64,000 nt of DNA from the NCBI GenBank assembly GCA_002479075.1, contig DLLG01000004.1:373205-437204 (forward strand). Reading direction: 5' to 3'. Numbering within the stretch: the first letter of the stretch is position 1; the number at the start of each line of letters is the position of its first letter. The position numbers and the translations under genes were made by a program. The stretch is from Clostridiales bacterium UBA7568. GTDB lineage: Bacteria > Bacillota > Clostridia > Oscillospirales > CAG-272. Shown in pieces: positions 45,903 to 56,057 of this stretch. The notes under the pieces were generated by a model. It was not told the origin of the DNA and searched no databases. It was given only the letters and a program-made list of their open reading frames with translations.

Positions 45903-47633
45903 TTACTTGTTTTCTTCCGCTTCTTTTTCGAGAACGGTATATGCAACCTTGCCGACAAGTGTTTTCGGAAGCTCCTCGCGGAATTCGATCTGATATGGAA
46001 GGGCGTATTTTGCAACATTCTTCTTGCAGTATTCGTGCAGTTCCTGACGAATATCCTCGGAGGGCTTTATGCCGTCCTTGAGAACGATAAACGCTTTCAC
46101 CTTCTGCATTTTGTAAGGATCTTTTACGCCGATGACGCAGCTCATCTGAACCTTCGGGTGAGCGTCGAGAATGTTTTCAATCTGCGAGGGATAAACGTTA
46201 TATCCGCTTGTGATTATCATTCTCTTTATGCGTTGCTTGAAATAGATGAAGCCGTCCTCATCCATTTTTCCGAGGTCGCCCGTGTGCAGCCAGACATTTC
46301 CGTCCGCGTGTGTGCGGAGGGTGTTTGCCGTCTCTGCCTCGTTATTCATATATCCGACCATTACAGAGGGACCGCAGAGGCATATTTCACCGTCCTCGCC
46401 GTAAGGAACTTCGTCGCAGGTGCCGACGGCACATATCTGATAATACGTATCGGGATAGGGAAGTCCTATGCTGGCTTCGCGCTCCTCGCAATACGGGGTG
46501 AGACAGCTTGCCGTGACACATTCTGTTGTTCCGTAGCCCTCGCGGACGTGAACGGGGGAGCCGTGGTCATCGAGGAATTTATCGAATTTCTTTTTGAGCT
46601 CAACTGAAAGCGAGTCGCCGCCGGAGAAGACGCCGCGGAGAAAGTCGAGAGACACACCGTCGAGATACGGGTTTCTTGTGATAGCTTCAAAGAGCGTGGG
46701 TACGCCGGCGATGAAATTCGGCTTTTCAGTCTTTATGAGATTTGCATAAGCTTTGACGTTGAAGCGGGGAACGAGGATTGAAAGTCCGCCGGCAACCATC
46801 ATTGTGTGTATGCACACGCCGAGACCGAACCCGTGGAAAACGGGCATCGCGGCGAGCATTTTCATTGCGTGAATATCATAGTGCGACATTGCCGCTGTCT
46901 GGAGAGCAAGCGCATTGAAATTGAGGTTTGAGAGCATAATGCCCTTTGTTGTTCCCGTTGTACCGCCGGAAAAGAGAATAACGGCAACGTCCTTATCGCA
47001 TTTTTCAATCTTCGGCTCGTCTCCCTTGAACTTCTTGCCGAGGGCAAAAAATTCGTTCCATTTCATAACTGTGTCGTTTTTCGGGAGCTTTGGCGTTTTG
47101 CCGAGATTCATAAGCGAAAAGGCAACCTTTTTGACGGCGCCGAGCTCGCTTCCCGCGCTTGCGATTATCAACTTTTCAAGAGGATATTTTTTCATAACCT
47201 CTTCAAACTTGGGATAGAACTGGTCAAGTGTTATGGCGCATTTCGAGCCTGCTGTGCGGAGATAGAATTCAATCTCGCTCTCTGCCGAGAGAGGATGAAT
47301 CATACTTGCAATTGCGCCGATGTAGTTCAGAGCGTAGAGGCAATAGATAGCCTGCGGAACGTTCGGCAGGCAGACGGTGACCTTGTCGCCTTCCTTTATG
47401 CCGATCGAAGCAAATGCCCTTGCTGTGATTTTTATGTTCTTTTCGAGGAGAGAATAAGGAATTATTCTTCCCATATACGAGAGAGCGGGGAGAGTCGGAT
47501 ATTTTTCTGCTGTTGCCAAAACAACTCCGCTCATTGAGTCCTTCGGGTATTCGAGATGGAACGGTACGTCGCCGTAATGAGAGATCCAGGGTGTTTTCGG
47601 TTGCATTTTATTTTCCTCCGATTTATTATTCAA
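45903..47633 (-). CDS. AMP-binding enzyme (long-chain fatty acid-CoA ligase-like)
   Basis: A3 motif ILFSGGTTGTTKG, A5-like YGTTE, and GDLGKMDEDGFIYFKQRIKRMI. Confidence 0.9.
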   Translation of the reverse strand: MNNKSEENKMQPKTPWISHYGDVPFHLEYPKDSMSGVVLATAEKYPTLPALSYMGRIIPYSLLEKNIKITARAFASIGIKEGDKVTVCLPNVPQAIYCLYALNYIGAIASMIHPLSAESEIEFYLRTAGSKCAITLDQFYPKFEEVMKKYPLEKLIIASAGSELGAVKKVAFSLMNLGKTPKLPKNDTVMKWNEFFALGKKFKGDEPKIEKCDKDVAVILFSGGTTGTTKGIMLSNLNFNALALQTAAMSHYDIHAMKMLAAMPVFHGFGLGVCIHTMMVAGGLSILVPRFNVKAYANLIKTEKPNFIAGVPTLFEAITRNPYLDGVSLDFLRGVFSGGDSLSVELKKKFDKFLDDHGSPVHVREGYGTTECVTASCLTPYCEEREASIGLPYPDTYYQICAVGTCDEVPYGEDGEICLCGPSVMVGYMNNEAETANTLRTHADGNVWLHTGDLGKMDEDGFIYFKQRIKRMIITSGYNVYPSQIENILDAHPKVQMSCVIGVKDPYKMQKVKAFIVLKDGIKPSEDIRQELHEYCKKNVAKYALPYQIEFREELPKTLVGKVAYTVLEKEAEENK

Positions 47634-48573
47634 ATTCTATTTCCGTTTGCAGCGGCAGCTCAAGCAACTCCGGATTCTGAAGGAGCTTGCGGAGCAGCTT
47701 TATACTTTTTGCAAAATATACGCCGTCTGCGATGCGTTCGTCGATTGTCAGCCCCAGCTCGAGCGCATTTTTCATTGTGACATTGCCGTTTTCATCATAA
47801 AACGGATGCAGGTGCTTCTCGCCGACGAGAATGAAGAACGAATTCGTTCCCCAGTTTGTCAGGTGATGATACTGTGCAGAAAGCTTTATGCTTCCCGTAT
47901 TCGATATGAAAACGCTTGAATGATACGGGTCGAATTCGACAAGGTCGCGCGGGAGCCAGTCGCGGTTTTCAAGGAAATTGAGCACACTGATTATGAATTT
48001 CATAATCGGGCGCGGAGACTTGACGAGAACCGAAATAATATCTGTCGTCCCGTCTGTCTTGTTTTCGCTACGGACGTGCGTGACGAACTTTTTGACCTTG
48101 CCGTATATCTGCTCGAGCGGGGAAGTGTCGCTCTCCTTATCCAGCTTTATTATTGCGAGCGCCTCGCTTGACGAGTCGACGAACTGTCTCTTTACAACGA
48201 ATGAAAACGAGATTTCGTTGCGCTCATAGAGCCTGTTTCCCGCATAGAAATAGTTCATCTTCGGGCGGTCGTAAAGCACCTTTGCAACAGCCGCGCAGAT
48301 GACGTGAAACATTGTGTATTTAAAGTCCGGCGAGTCAGAATTCTTCATTTTGACGAACTCTTCAACGGCTGTCATATCGATAAGCTCGCTCATAACAGCC
48401 TCGTTATCGCACCTGTTCGGCAGGAGAAAGCCTGCGAATTTATGCATCGAATCCGCTTCGCGGACGAGCCTGCCGTCTCTGCGGTCGCCGCGTTTTTTCT
48501 TCGCCTTTTTGACCTTTTCCTTCGGCTCCGAGACGGTTGCCGCTTTTTCTTTTTTCTTTTTATCTTTTGCCAT
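47626..48573 (-). CDS. 2-oxoacid dehydrogenase acyltransferase (E2 catalytic domain)-like protein with Lys-rich N-terminus
   Basis: CAT-like fold ending in LGLTIDERIADGVYF, which aligns to the E2 motif DHRxxDG. The N-terminus is MAKDKKKKEKAATVSEPKEKVKKAKKKRGDRRDGR. Overlaps the ligase start by 8 nt. Confidence 0.7.
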   Translation of the reverse strand: MAKDKKKKEKAATVSEPKEKVKKAKKKRGDRRDGRLVREADSMHKFAGFLLPNRCDNEAVMSELIDMTAVEEFVKMKNSDSPDFKYTMFHVICAAVAKVLYDRPKMNYFYAGNRLYERNEISFSFVVKRQFVDSSSEALAIIKLDKESDTSPLEQIYGKVKKFVTHVRSENKTDGTTDIISVLVKSPRPIMKFIISVLNFLENRDWLPRDLVEFDPYHSSVFISNTGSIKLSAQYHHLTNWGTNSFFILVGEKHLHPFYDENGNVTMKNALELGLTIDERIADGVYFAKSIKLLRKLLQNPELLELPLQTEIEFE

Positions 48574-48585
48574 TATGCTGACCTC

Positions 48586-49182
48586 TTATTTACTGCAAAT
48601 TTCGATAAGCGTGTTTCCGAGACCGAAAATCTCGTCAAGCTCATTCTGGCTCTTTCCCGCAAGAAGTACCTGAAATGCCGTTCCGTAAAGCGAGCCGAGG
48701 ATGACTTTTGATACAGCCTCTGCGCCGTATTTCCCGAGAACGGGGCTGTCCTCCGAGGGCTTCTTTGAGAGAACGTCGTCACGGATGAGCTCTGCGAGCT
48801 TATTGAAAAGATATGTGACCTGAAACCTAAACGACCTGTTCCACATCGCCTGAATGGAGAAATCAAGGAAGATCTTCATAACATCCGGACGTTCTACGAG
48901 AATTTTTTTGAAATATTCGGAGAGAAGATGCATTCTTTCTTCTTCGTCCTTGCCGCGCTCCATTTCGCGGACGACATCATCAAAGCAGGTTGAGACGAGC
49001 TTTGAGGCAAGCGCCGTGAAAAGGTTTTCCTTTGTGCGGAAATGATACGTCAGAAGTCCGAGGGCAACCTGCGCCTCCGCCGCTATATCGCGCATGGAAA
49101 CGTTCGCATAGCCCTTTTTTGAGAGCAGCCTGAATGCGGCATCGAGAATTTTATCGCGTGAATTTTCTCTTTGAGTATTCAT
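48586..49182 (-). CDS. TetR/AcrR family transcriptional regulator
   Basis: HTH ILDAAFRLLSKKGYANVSMRDIAAEAQVALGLLTYHF. Confidence 0.85.
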   Translation of the reverse strand: MNTQRENSRDKILDAAFRLLSKKGYANVSMRDIAAEAQVALGLLTYHFRTKENLFTALASKLVSTCFDDVVREMERGKDEEERMHLLSEYFKKILVERPDVMKIFLDFSIQAMWNRSFRFQVTYLFNKLAELIRDDVLSKKPSEDSPVLGKYGAEAVSKVILGSLYGTAFQVLLAGKSQNELDEIFGLGNTLIEICSK

Positions 49183-49283
49183 TGTTCACCTCAGCGAGTT
49201 TTTGTACGAATGTACAGCTGATATTATATCATACGATATGTGATTTGTCAATGATTTCTTAACATTCCGTTAAAAAATAGAGC

Positions 49284-49317
49284 AAAGAAAAAATCCCAAG
49301 CCGGAGCTTGGGATTTT
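49284..49317 (-). terminator. terminator after ispH-S1
   Basis: aaaatcccaagc-tccg-gcttgggatttttt on the minus strand. Confidence 0.75.
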
Positions 49318-49330
49318 GGTCTTATTCTGA

Positions 49331-51325
49331 TTATTCTGCGTCTGTTGTTTCGGCTACTTCTTCCGTAGCTTCCTCTGTGGGTTCTTCTTTAGCAAGAAGA
49401 GCGCGGACAGAAAGGCTGACTTTGTGCTTCTCATCGTCGATTTCTGTGATCTTTGCATCAACGACCTGTCCCTTTTCGAGAACATCGGAAGGGTGAGTGA
49501 GCTTCTTGTCTGCTATCTGGGAGATGTGGATAAGTCCGTCAACGCCTGGAATGATCTGAGCAAACGCTCCGAAGGGCATAAGAGACGCAACCTTTACGGA
49601 TACGACATCGCCTACATTGTGCTCTGCTCTGAAGAGTGTCCAGGGGTTTGTTTCCTCTGTCTTGTGACCGAGGGAAATTCTGCCCTTTTCGCGGTCGAAG
49701 CTCTTGACGAATACGTCAAGAGTATCGCCGACAGAAACAACATCCTTCGGGTTTGAGATATGGAGCCAGGTAAGCTCGGAGCTGTGAACCATTCCGTCCA
49801 CTCCGCCAAGGTCAACGAATACTCCGTATGAAGTCATACTCTTGACTGTGCCCGTGTAGTGCTTGCCGACTTCGATCTCGTTCCAGAAAGCGTCCTCGCG
49901 AGCCTTGCGTTCTTCTCTTGCGACAACGCGGATCGAGCCGAGAACTCTGCGGCGGGAAGCGTCGAGGTCGATTATCTTGAATTTCTGTGTTGTTCCGACG
50001 AGTGTCGAAAGGTCGCCGTCACGCGGAACGCCCGTCTGCGATGCGGGGATGAATATACGCTGGGAAAGAGCGCGGATAACTACGCCGCCCTTGACCGCTT
50101 CCGTAACCTTACCTTCAAGAACCGTTCCGTTCTCAAAAGCATCCTGTACACGTTTCCAGTCATTTGCGGCGGTAATCTTCTTGGTGGAGAGGTAAGCAAT
50201 GCCGTCGATGTCGCTGACTCTGTATGCAACAGCCTCTATCTTATCTCCTACCTTAAAAAGATTTTCGAGCTTAGCCTGAGGATCGTCTGTGACGTTGTCA
50301 AGCGTGAGCACGCCTGTGCATTTCGAGCCGATGTCAACACGGACTTCGGTGCCGGAAACGGACATGACGTATCCCACGACGGTATCTCCTGTACTGATAT
50401 TTTTGAACGATTCGTCAAGAAGCTCCGCGAAATTTTCATGTTCGCTCATAATTGTTTGTACCTCCTCGATTATGTAGCCCGGAGTTGAAGCTCCGGCTGC
50501 GATGCCTGCTTTGCAGTGCATCTTTTTTATGTTATCGGGAATTTCGGACGCGCTTTCGATGAAAAACGTGCGCTTGCAGTTTCGCTTTGCAATCTCGAAG
50601 AGCTTGCGTGAGTTTGCGCTCTCGCTGTCTCCGACGACGAGCATAACGTCGCAGCCTTGCGCCAGCCTTTCCGTTTCAAGCTGTCTTTCTTCCGTAACAC
50701 AACATATTGTATCAAAAAATAAAGCGTTTGTATATAGTTTTTGAATAATTTTTTTACTTTTTTCGTAGTCAAAATGGTTCAGAGTCGTCTGGCTTGCAAC
50801 AATTATTCGCTTCTTTGCCAATTTATCCCTCGAAATTCCATTCAAGGCGCTTTCAAGCTCTGCACTTCCGGATATTACGGCATAATCTCCGTGGACATAG
50901 CTGACTATTCCCCTGACCTCCGGGTGGTTCTTATCGCCGAAGATGATGGCAAAGGTCTCGCCCGAGGTGTTCTTGTCCATTATCTTATGGATTTTCGAAA
51001 CGAAGGGGCAGGTGCAGTCGCAGATGCGCAGCGTTCCGTCGCAATTTTCGGCGTCGCGGAGCGTCTGCATAAGACTGCGGGAGATTCCGTGTGCACGGAT
51101 GATGACCGTTGCATTCGCCGGCGGGGAAGAGAGAAGCCGCGAAAGCTCGTCTTCGTCTATGGAGCGCACACCCTTTTTTTCGAGATATTCTGTATATTTT
51201 CTGTTGTGAATGAGGTGGCCGAGGGTGTATATTTTCCCGCCCGTGCCGGCGAGGGACTCGGCTGTCTCCGTCGCACGCTTTACGCCGAAGCAAAAGCCTG
51301 AATGCTTTGCGAGTATAACACTCAT
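49331..51325 (-). CDS. ispH: bifunctional 4-hydroxy-3-methylbut-2-enyl diphosphate reductase / ribosomal protein S1-domain protein
   Basis: ORF trimmed to ATG 51325 after GGAGGAAAAG. The N-terminal half is LytB/IspH (AKHSGFCFGVKRA). The C-terminal half carries four S1 OB-fold repeats (G.V.G.V...GV.V). Confidence 0.9.
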   Translation of the reverse strand: MSVILAKHSGFCFGVKRATETAESLAGTGGKIYTLGHLIHNRKYTEYLEKKGVRSIDEDELSRLLSSPPANATVIIRAHGISRSLMQTLRDAENCDGTLRICDCTCPFVSKIHKIMDKNTSGETFAIIFGDKNHPEVRGIVSYVHGDYAVISGSAELESALNGISRDKLAKKRIIVASQTTLNHFDYEKSKKIIQKLYTNALFFDTICCVTEERQLETERLAQGCDVMLVVGDSESANSRKLFEIAKRNCKRTFFIESASEIPDNIKKMHCKAGIAAGASTPGYIIEEVQTIMSEHENFAELLDESFKNISTGDTVVGYVMSVSGTEVRVDIGSKCTGVLTLDNVTDDPQAKLENLFKVGDKIEAVAYRVSDIDGIAYLSTKKITAANDWKRVQDAFENGTVLEGKVTEAVKGGVVIRALSQRIFIPASQTGVPRDGDLSTLVGTTQKFKIIDLDASRRRVLGSIRVVAREERKAREDAFWNEIEVGKHYTGTVKSMTSYGVFVDLGGVDGMVHSSELTWLHISNPKDVVSVGDTLDVFVKSFDREKGRISLGHKTEETNPWTLFRAEHNVGDVVSVKVASLMPFGAFAQIIPGVDGLIHISQIADKKLTHPSDVLEKGQVVDAKITEIDDEKHKVSLSVRALLAKEEPTEEATEEVAETTDAE

Positions 51326-51951
51326 TGCTTTTCCTCCGCTGTTTTCGATATGTCTGCTCCGAGCTCGCATATTCTGTCGAAGATAAGCTCGCTTGCGCGT
51401 CTGTATTCCTCCGCTCCGCCGTTTTCAAAGCCGAGCTCGTCAAAGGCGATCGGTTTGCCGAAGCGAACCTCCGTTTTTCTGAACGGACGGACTTTCATTC
51501 CCTTCGCGCCGATGAAAACGGGAAGAACAGTCGCCTTTGAATGATAGGCGATGAGCCCGATGCCGCTCTTTATTTTTGTCTCGGCGGGATCTTTTCCGGG
51601 AATTCTCGTCCCCTGCGGGAAAATGCCGACAGGCTCTCCCTTTTCAAGCGACGAAATGACCTCGTTTACCGATTCGATTCCGGCGGCTTTTCTGTTTATC
51701 GGGATAGCTCCCGCGCCGCGGAAAATGAATCTGCCGAAGGGATTTCTGAAAAGCTCCGCCTTTGCGAGAAACCTTATCGAACGTTTTGAAAACGTTGAAA
51801 TAAAGAACATATCGAAGGCGTGCAGGTGGTTCGCCGCTATAATAACCGGACCCTCTTTCGGGATGTTTTCCTTGCCCTTCTGCCTTGCGCCGAACAGCAG
51901 TCGCACAATCGGAAAGAGGAAAAAGTCCGCTATTTTGAAGAAAACGTTCAT
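51322..51951 (-). CDS. plsC: 1-acyl-sn-glycerol-3-phosphate acyltransferase
   Basis: HX4D motif NHLHAFD and FPQGTR. Confidence 0.85.
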   Translation of the reverse strand: MNVFFKIADFFLFPIVRLLFGARQKGKENIPKEGPVIIAANHLHAFDMFFISTFSKRSIRFLAKAELFRNPFGRFIFRGAGAIPINRKAAGIESVNEVISSLEKGEPVGIFPQGTRIPGKDPAETKIKSGIGLIAYHSKATVLPVFIGAKGMKVRPFRKTEVRFGKPIAFDELGFENGGAEEYRRASELIFDRICELGADISKTAEEKQ

Positions 51952-51952
51952 T

Positions 51953-52615
51953 TTATTTTATTCTGCTTTCTATTATTTCTATGGCACGGTTCAGCGTGTT
52001 CTCAAAGCTGCCGGAGTTATCAAGCATTATTGCGTCCTCTGCGGGAATTGCAGGGGCGATGTCTCTCGTTCTGTCCTGTTCGTCTCTTGCGGAGAGCGCC
52101 TTTTTAACCTCTTCAACGGTCATCTTTTCGCCCTTTTCTTCAAGCTCTGCCTGTCTGCGGACGGCTCTTGCGTCGTCGGACGCCGTCATAAAGAATTTGA
52201 CATCCGCATCGGGAAGGATGACCGTGCCGATGTCGCGCCCGTCCATAATGACGTTGTTTTTCTTTGCCATATCGCGCTGAACATCGAGAAGAAACGCTCT
52301 GACCGCGCCCATTTTTGAGGTCGCGGAGGCGTAATCCGCGACTTCGCTCGTGCGGATGAGTCCTGTTACATCCTCCCCGCAGAGGAACATATGCTGAACG
52401 CCGCCGGAAAATTCAATGTCCATTTTTATTTCCGAAAGGCGAGCCTTGACAGCCTCCTCGTCGTGCGGGTCGGTGCCTGTGCGAAGGATGTACAGCCCGA
52501 TGGTTCTGTACATTGCGCCGGTGTCTACGTAGCTGAAGCCGAATTTTTTTGCAAGCGCTTTTGCAAGAGTGCTTTTTCCGGAGCCGGAGGGCCCGTCGAT
52601 TGCTATGTTTACCAT
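51953..52615 (-). CDS. cmk: cytidylate kinase
   Basis: IAIDGPSGSGKST P-loop and YVDTGAMYR motif. Confidence 0.9.
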   Translation of the reverse strand: MVNIAIDGPSGSGKSTLAKALAKKFGFSYVDTGAMYRTIGLYILRTGTDPHDEEAVKARLSEIKMDIEFSGGVQHMFLCGEDVTGLIRTSEVADYASATSKMGAVRAFLLDVQRDMAKKNNVIMDGRDIGTVILPDADVKFFMTASDDARAVRRQAELEEKGEKMTVEEVKKALSARDEQDRTRDIAPAIPAEDAIMLDNSGSFENTLNRAIEIIESRIK

Positions 52616-52632
52616 AATGATTTACTTCCTTT

Positions 52633-53877
52633 TTATATTTTAGCTGCGTCCGTTGCCGCCGCGACAGCGGTTGCGAACGCCGATTGCAGGTTGAAGCCGC
52701 CGGTGTATGCGTCAACATCGATCATTTCTCCGGCGAAATACAGATTTTTTATCAGTTTTGATTTCATCGTCTGCGGGGATATTTCTGAAACGGAAACGCC
52801 GCCGCCCGTGACGATCGCTTCGCTTATCGGGCGGAAGCCTGTGACCGTCAGTTTTATCGCTTTGAGAGAAGCGACTATGTTCTTCCGCTCCGCCTTTGTT
52901 ATCGAGTTTGCCGTTCTGTCCCCGCGCACGCCGCAGATGTCGCAGAACGGAATTATCATTTTTGAGGGGAGGAGAGATCCCAGAACGGACGAAAAGTGCT
53001 TGTTTTTGTTCTTATCGAATTCGGAGAGCAGACGCTTGTCAAGCGTTTCCTCGTCCAGAGCGGGCTTTTCGTCGATTATCACTTCATATTTTCCGCTTGT
53101 CATCGGTCGCATATGTGCGGAGGCAGACAAGATTACGGGTCCGCTTACGCCGAAGTGCGTAAAGAGCAGCTCGCCGAAGTCCTCGTAGATAACCGAGCCC
53201 TTTTCCTTATCAACTACTTTTATCGCAATATTTTTCAGCGTCAGTCCCTGCATACGCATACATAAGTCGCCCGCGCAGGTCAGCCCGACGAGGGAAGGGA
53301 TGAGCTCCGTTACCGTGTGCCCGAGAGACTTTGCCATTTCAAGCCCGTCTCCGGTTGAGCCCGTTACGGGGTACGAAACGCCGCCCGTGCATAAAATTAT
53401 GCTGTCAAAATCCGTATATCTGTGCTTTTCGGTGACGAGTGCGGTTATGCTTCCGTCCGTACTTTCAAGGCGTTTAACCCGCTCGTGAACAATTCTGCAA
53501 CCGAGATCGAGCACGTGCTTTTTCAGCGCGAGAACGATGTCTGTCGCCTTGTCCGAAACGGGGAAAACACGGTTGCCCCTTTCAACCTTCAGCGGCACGC
53601 CGAGAGCTTCGAAATAGTCGATTGTGTCCTGCGGGGTGAAACGGTGAATCGCCGAAAAGAGAAATTTTCCGTTCTGTGTGACGTTTCGGATAAACTCTTC
53701 GGGTGAGCAGGAATTTGTCAGGTTGCACCTGCCTTTTCCCGTTATTCCGAGCTTCATTCCGAGCAGGTCGTTTCTTTCAAAGAGGGTGACTTTCGCGCCG
53801 AGCTCAGCCGCCCTGCAGGACGCCATCAGCCCTGCGGCTCCGCCGCCGACTATGAAAACCCTTTTTTCTGTCGTCAT
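52633..53877 (-). CDS. NAD(P)/FAD-dependent oxidoreductase, HI0933/YhiN family
   Basis: Dinucleotide fold VFIVGGGAAGLMAS. C-terminal YFAGEMIDVDAYTGGFNLQ. Confidence 0.85.
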   Translation of the reverse strand: MTTEKRVFIVGGGAAGLMASCRAAELGAKVTLFERNDLLGMKLGITGKGRCNLTNSCSPEEFIRNVTQNGKFLFSAIHRFTPQDTIDYFEALGVPLKVERGNRVFPVSDKATDIVLALKKHVLDLGCRIVHERVKRLESTDGSITALVTEKHRYTDFDSIILCTGGVSYPVTGSTGDGLEMAKSLGHTVTELIPSLVGLTCAGDLCMRMQGLTLKNIAIKVVDKEKGSVIYEDFGELLFTHFGVSGPVILSASAHMRPMTSGKYEVIIDEKPALDEETLDKRLLSEFDKNKNKHFSSVLGSLLPSKMIIPFCDICGVRGDRTANSITKAERKNIVASLKAIKLTVTGFRPISEAIVTGGGVSVSEISPQTMKSKLIKNLYFAGEMIDVDAYTGGFNLQSAFATAVAAATDAAKI

Positions 53878-55802
53878 ACGGTTCCTCCCAGCTCGGCAAG
53901 CGCCTTTTCCGCCGAATCGATGTCGTCATAGAGCGAGTCGAGGAGCTTGTCTATCTCGTCCGTTCTCGCATAAATCTCGGAAAGGCGGACGTAGTTTCCG
54001 GAGGCTTCGCCCTCCGCCTCCTTTTCAAGGTGCGATTTTTCTTCTTCGAGTTTTTCGATTTCCGCTTCGCAACGTTCGATCTTTGACTTGTTTTTTCTTA
54101 TGTCGGAGGCGGTTTTCTTTGCGTCGAGATAGCTCTGTTTGCTTTCCGCGATCGGCTTTTCGCCTGCGGCGTCGACTGCCTTCTCCGTCTCCTTTTCCTT
54201 CTCTTTTTTCTCGCAGTATTCATCGTAATTTCCGATGAAGATGCGCAGTCCGCCCGTCATATCGAATATCTTTGACGACAGCTTGCGGACGAAGTATCTG
54301 TCGTGAGAAACGGCGATTATCGTTCCGGAAAACTGCATAAGCGCATCTTCCAGAGCCTCGCGCGAGCCGATGTCCAGATGGTTTGTCGGCTCGTCCAGAA
54401 TAAGGAGATTTATCTGCGAAAGTATCATTTTGCAGAGCATAAGTCTTGCTCTCTCGCCGCCGGAAAGCACGGCGACCTTTTTGTCCATATCCTCCGCAAA
54501 GAAGAGGAAGGACGCAAGCGCGGAGCGAACCTGCGGCATTGTCAGCTTGTCGTGCGCACGGCAGACCTCCTCAAGGACTGTGCTGTCGTTGTCGAGCGTC
54601 TGCTGCTCCTGATCGTAATATCCGGGGATGACGTTGTATCCGAAACGGAGAATTCCGTCGTAATCCTCGTCAAGTCCGCCGAGAATACGCACGAGGGTAC
54701 TCTTTCCGCACCCGTTCGGTCCGACGATCATTATCCTGTCCCGCTTTTTGACCTCAAAGCTGATATTGTCAAGGATTTTTCTCTCTCCGTACGACTTTGA
54801 AATGTTTTCCGCAAAGAGAACGTCGTTTCCGCTCTCCCTTGCCTCCGAAAAGCGCAGGGAAATGTTCTTCGGATCCTTTTTCGGCGCATCTACGCTGTCC
54901 TTTTTCAGATGTTCTATCTGCTTTTGCTTGCTTTTTATGGTTATGAAGTTGCGCTCCTGCCCCCAGCGACGCTGCTGCTCGATTATCGCCTCAATGCGGG
55001 AGATTTCTTTCTGCTGAAGTTCGTGCTTTTTTGCAAGCGCCTTGCGCTGTTCCGCCTTCTGGGCGGCATAGGCGCTGTAATTTCCGGGGTATATCGTTGC
55101 TTCTGTGTGTTCGATGTCAAGTATCTTGTTTGCCGCGCGGTCGAGAAAATATCTGTCGTGCGATATAAGAATGAGCGTCTTTTTGTACGATCGCAGGTGC
55201 TCTTCGAGCCAGGCGAGCGTATCCATATCGAGATGGTTTGTCGGCTCGTCCAGAATGAGAAGATCCGGCTCGCGGAGCAGGAGCTTGACAAGGGCAAGAC
55301 GTGTTCTCTCGCCGCCGGAAAGGGTGTTTATCGTTTTATCGAAAAATTCCTCTCCGAAACCGAAGCGGGCGAGAGTCGATTTTATCCTTGAGCGATATTC
55401 GTAGCCGCCCATTTTGCGGAATTCTTCCGTCAGAAGGGCGTATTTTTCGATTGCCGCTTCGCCTCCGATGTGATTTTCAATATTTTCTGAAAGCTCTGAA
55501 AGGCGTTTTTCCGTCGCAACGACTTCGGGAAAAGCGTCCGACATTTCGGAGAGAACGGTATTGTCGCTTTCAAGCATTGCATTCTGCGCAAGCATTGAGA
55601 TTGTTTTGTCTTTCGCTATATAAACGCTGCCCGCCGACGGAGAAAAAGTCCCCGCGATTATCTTTGCAAGGGTGCTCTTTCCTGCGCCGTTTACGCCGAC
55701 AATGCCGAGCCTGTCGCCCTCGTTTATCGAAAAATTTATATTATTTAATACGACGTCCGTCCCATATTCGACGGTCACGCCGCTGACGCTTAAAAGTACC
55801 AT
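53874..55802 (-). CDS. ABC-F family ATPase (two ABC domains, no TM domain)
   Basis: Walker A GVNGAGKST and GPNGCGKST. Signatures LSGGERTRL and LSGGERARL. A charged linker and a C-terminal coiled coil. Confidence 0.9.
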   Translation of the reverse strand: MVLLSVSGVTVEYGTDVVLNNINFSINEGDRLGIVGVNGAGKSTLAKIIAGTFSPSAGSVYIAKDKTISMLAQNAMLESDNTVLSEMSDAFPEVVATEKRLSELSENIENHIGGEAAIEKYALLTEEFRKMGGYEYRSRIKSTLARFGFGEEFFDKTINTLSGGERTRLALVKLLLREPDLLILDEPTNHLDMDTLAWLEEHLRSYKKTLILISHDRYFLDRAANKILDIEHTEATIYPGNYSAYAAQKAEQRKALAKKHELQQKEISRIEAIIEQQRRWGQERNFITIKSKQKQIEHLKKDSVDAPKKDPKNISLRFSEARESGNDVLFAENISKSYGERKILDNISFEVKKRDRIMIVGPNGCGKSTLVRILGGLDEDYDGILRFGYNVIPGYYDQEQQTLDNDSTVLEEVCRAHDKLTMPQVRSALASFLFFAEDMDKKVAVLSGGERARLMLCKMILSQINLLILDEPTNHLDIGSREALEDALMQFSGTIIAVSHDRYFVRKLSSKIFDMTGGLRIFIGNYDEYCEKKEKEKETEKAVDAAGEKPIAESKQSYLDAKKTASDIRKNKSKIERCEAEIEKLEEEKSHLEKEAEGEASGNYVRLSEIYARTDEIDKLLDSLYDDIDSAEKALAELGGTV

Positions 55803-56057
55803 TTTGAGAGTTCCTGCCTCAATATAATATTCTCTTTATTATACAACATATAATGCCGCTCTGTCAACCGTTCGCAATTAAAAACAGGTGTTTGGAAAGC
55901 GACACCGGCGAGGAGGACGCACGTTTTTCGGCAAGGAAACCTCCGCCCTTCTTTTTTGCGACAGAAATCACCAAAATTGCTCCGTCGCATAAAATATAGC
56001 AGGAGGGAAAACTTGTTCCCTCTGCCCGAATAATTATTTTGGAGGATATTATTTAAT

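Noticed and set aside
49331-51325. The IspH-S1 fusion, considered as a novel gene fusion.
   Set aside because: This bifunctional arrangement and the cmk-plsC-ispH/S1 neighbourhood are well known in Clostridia. It is useful taxonomically but not novel.
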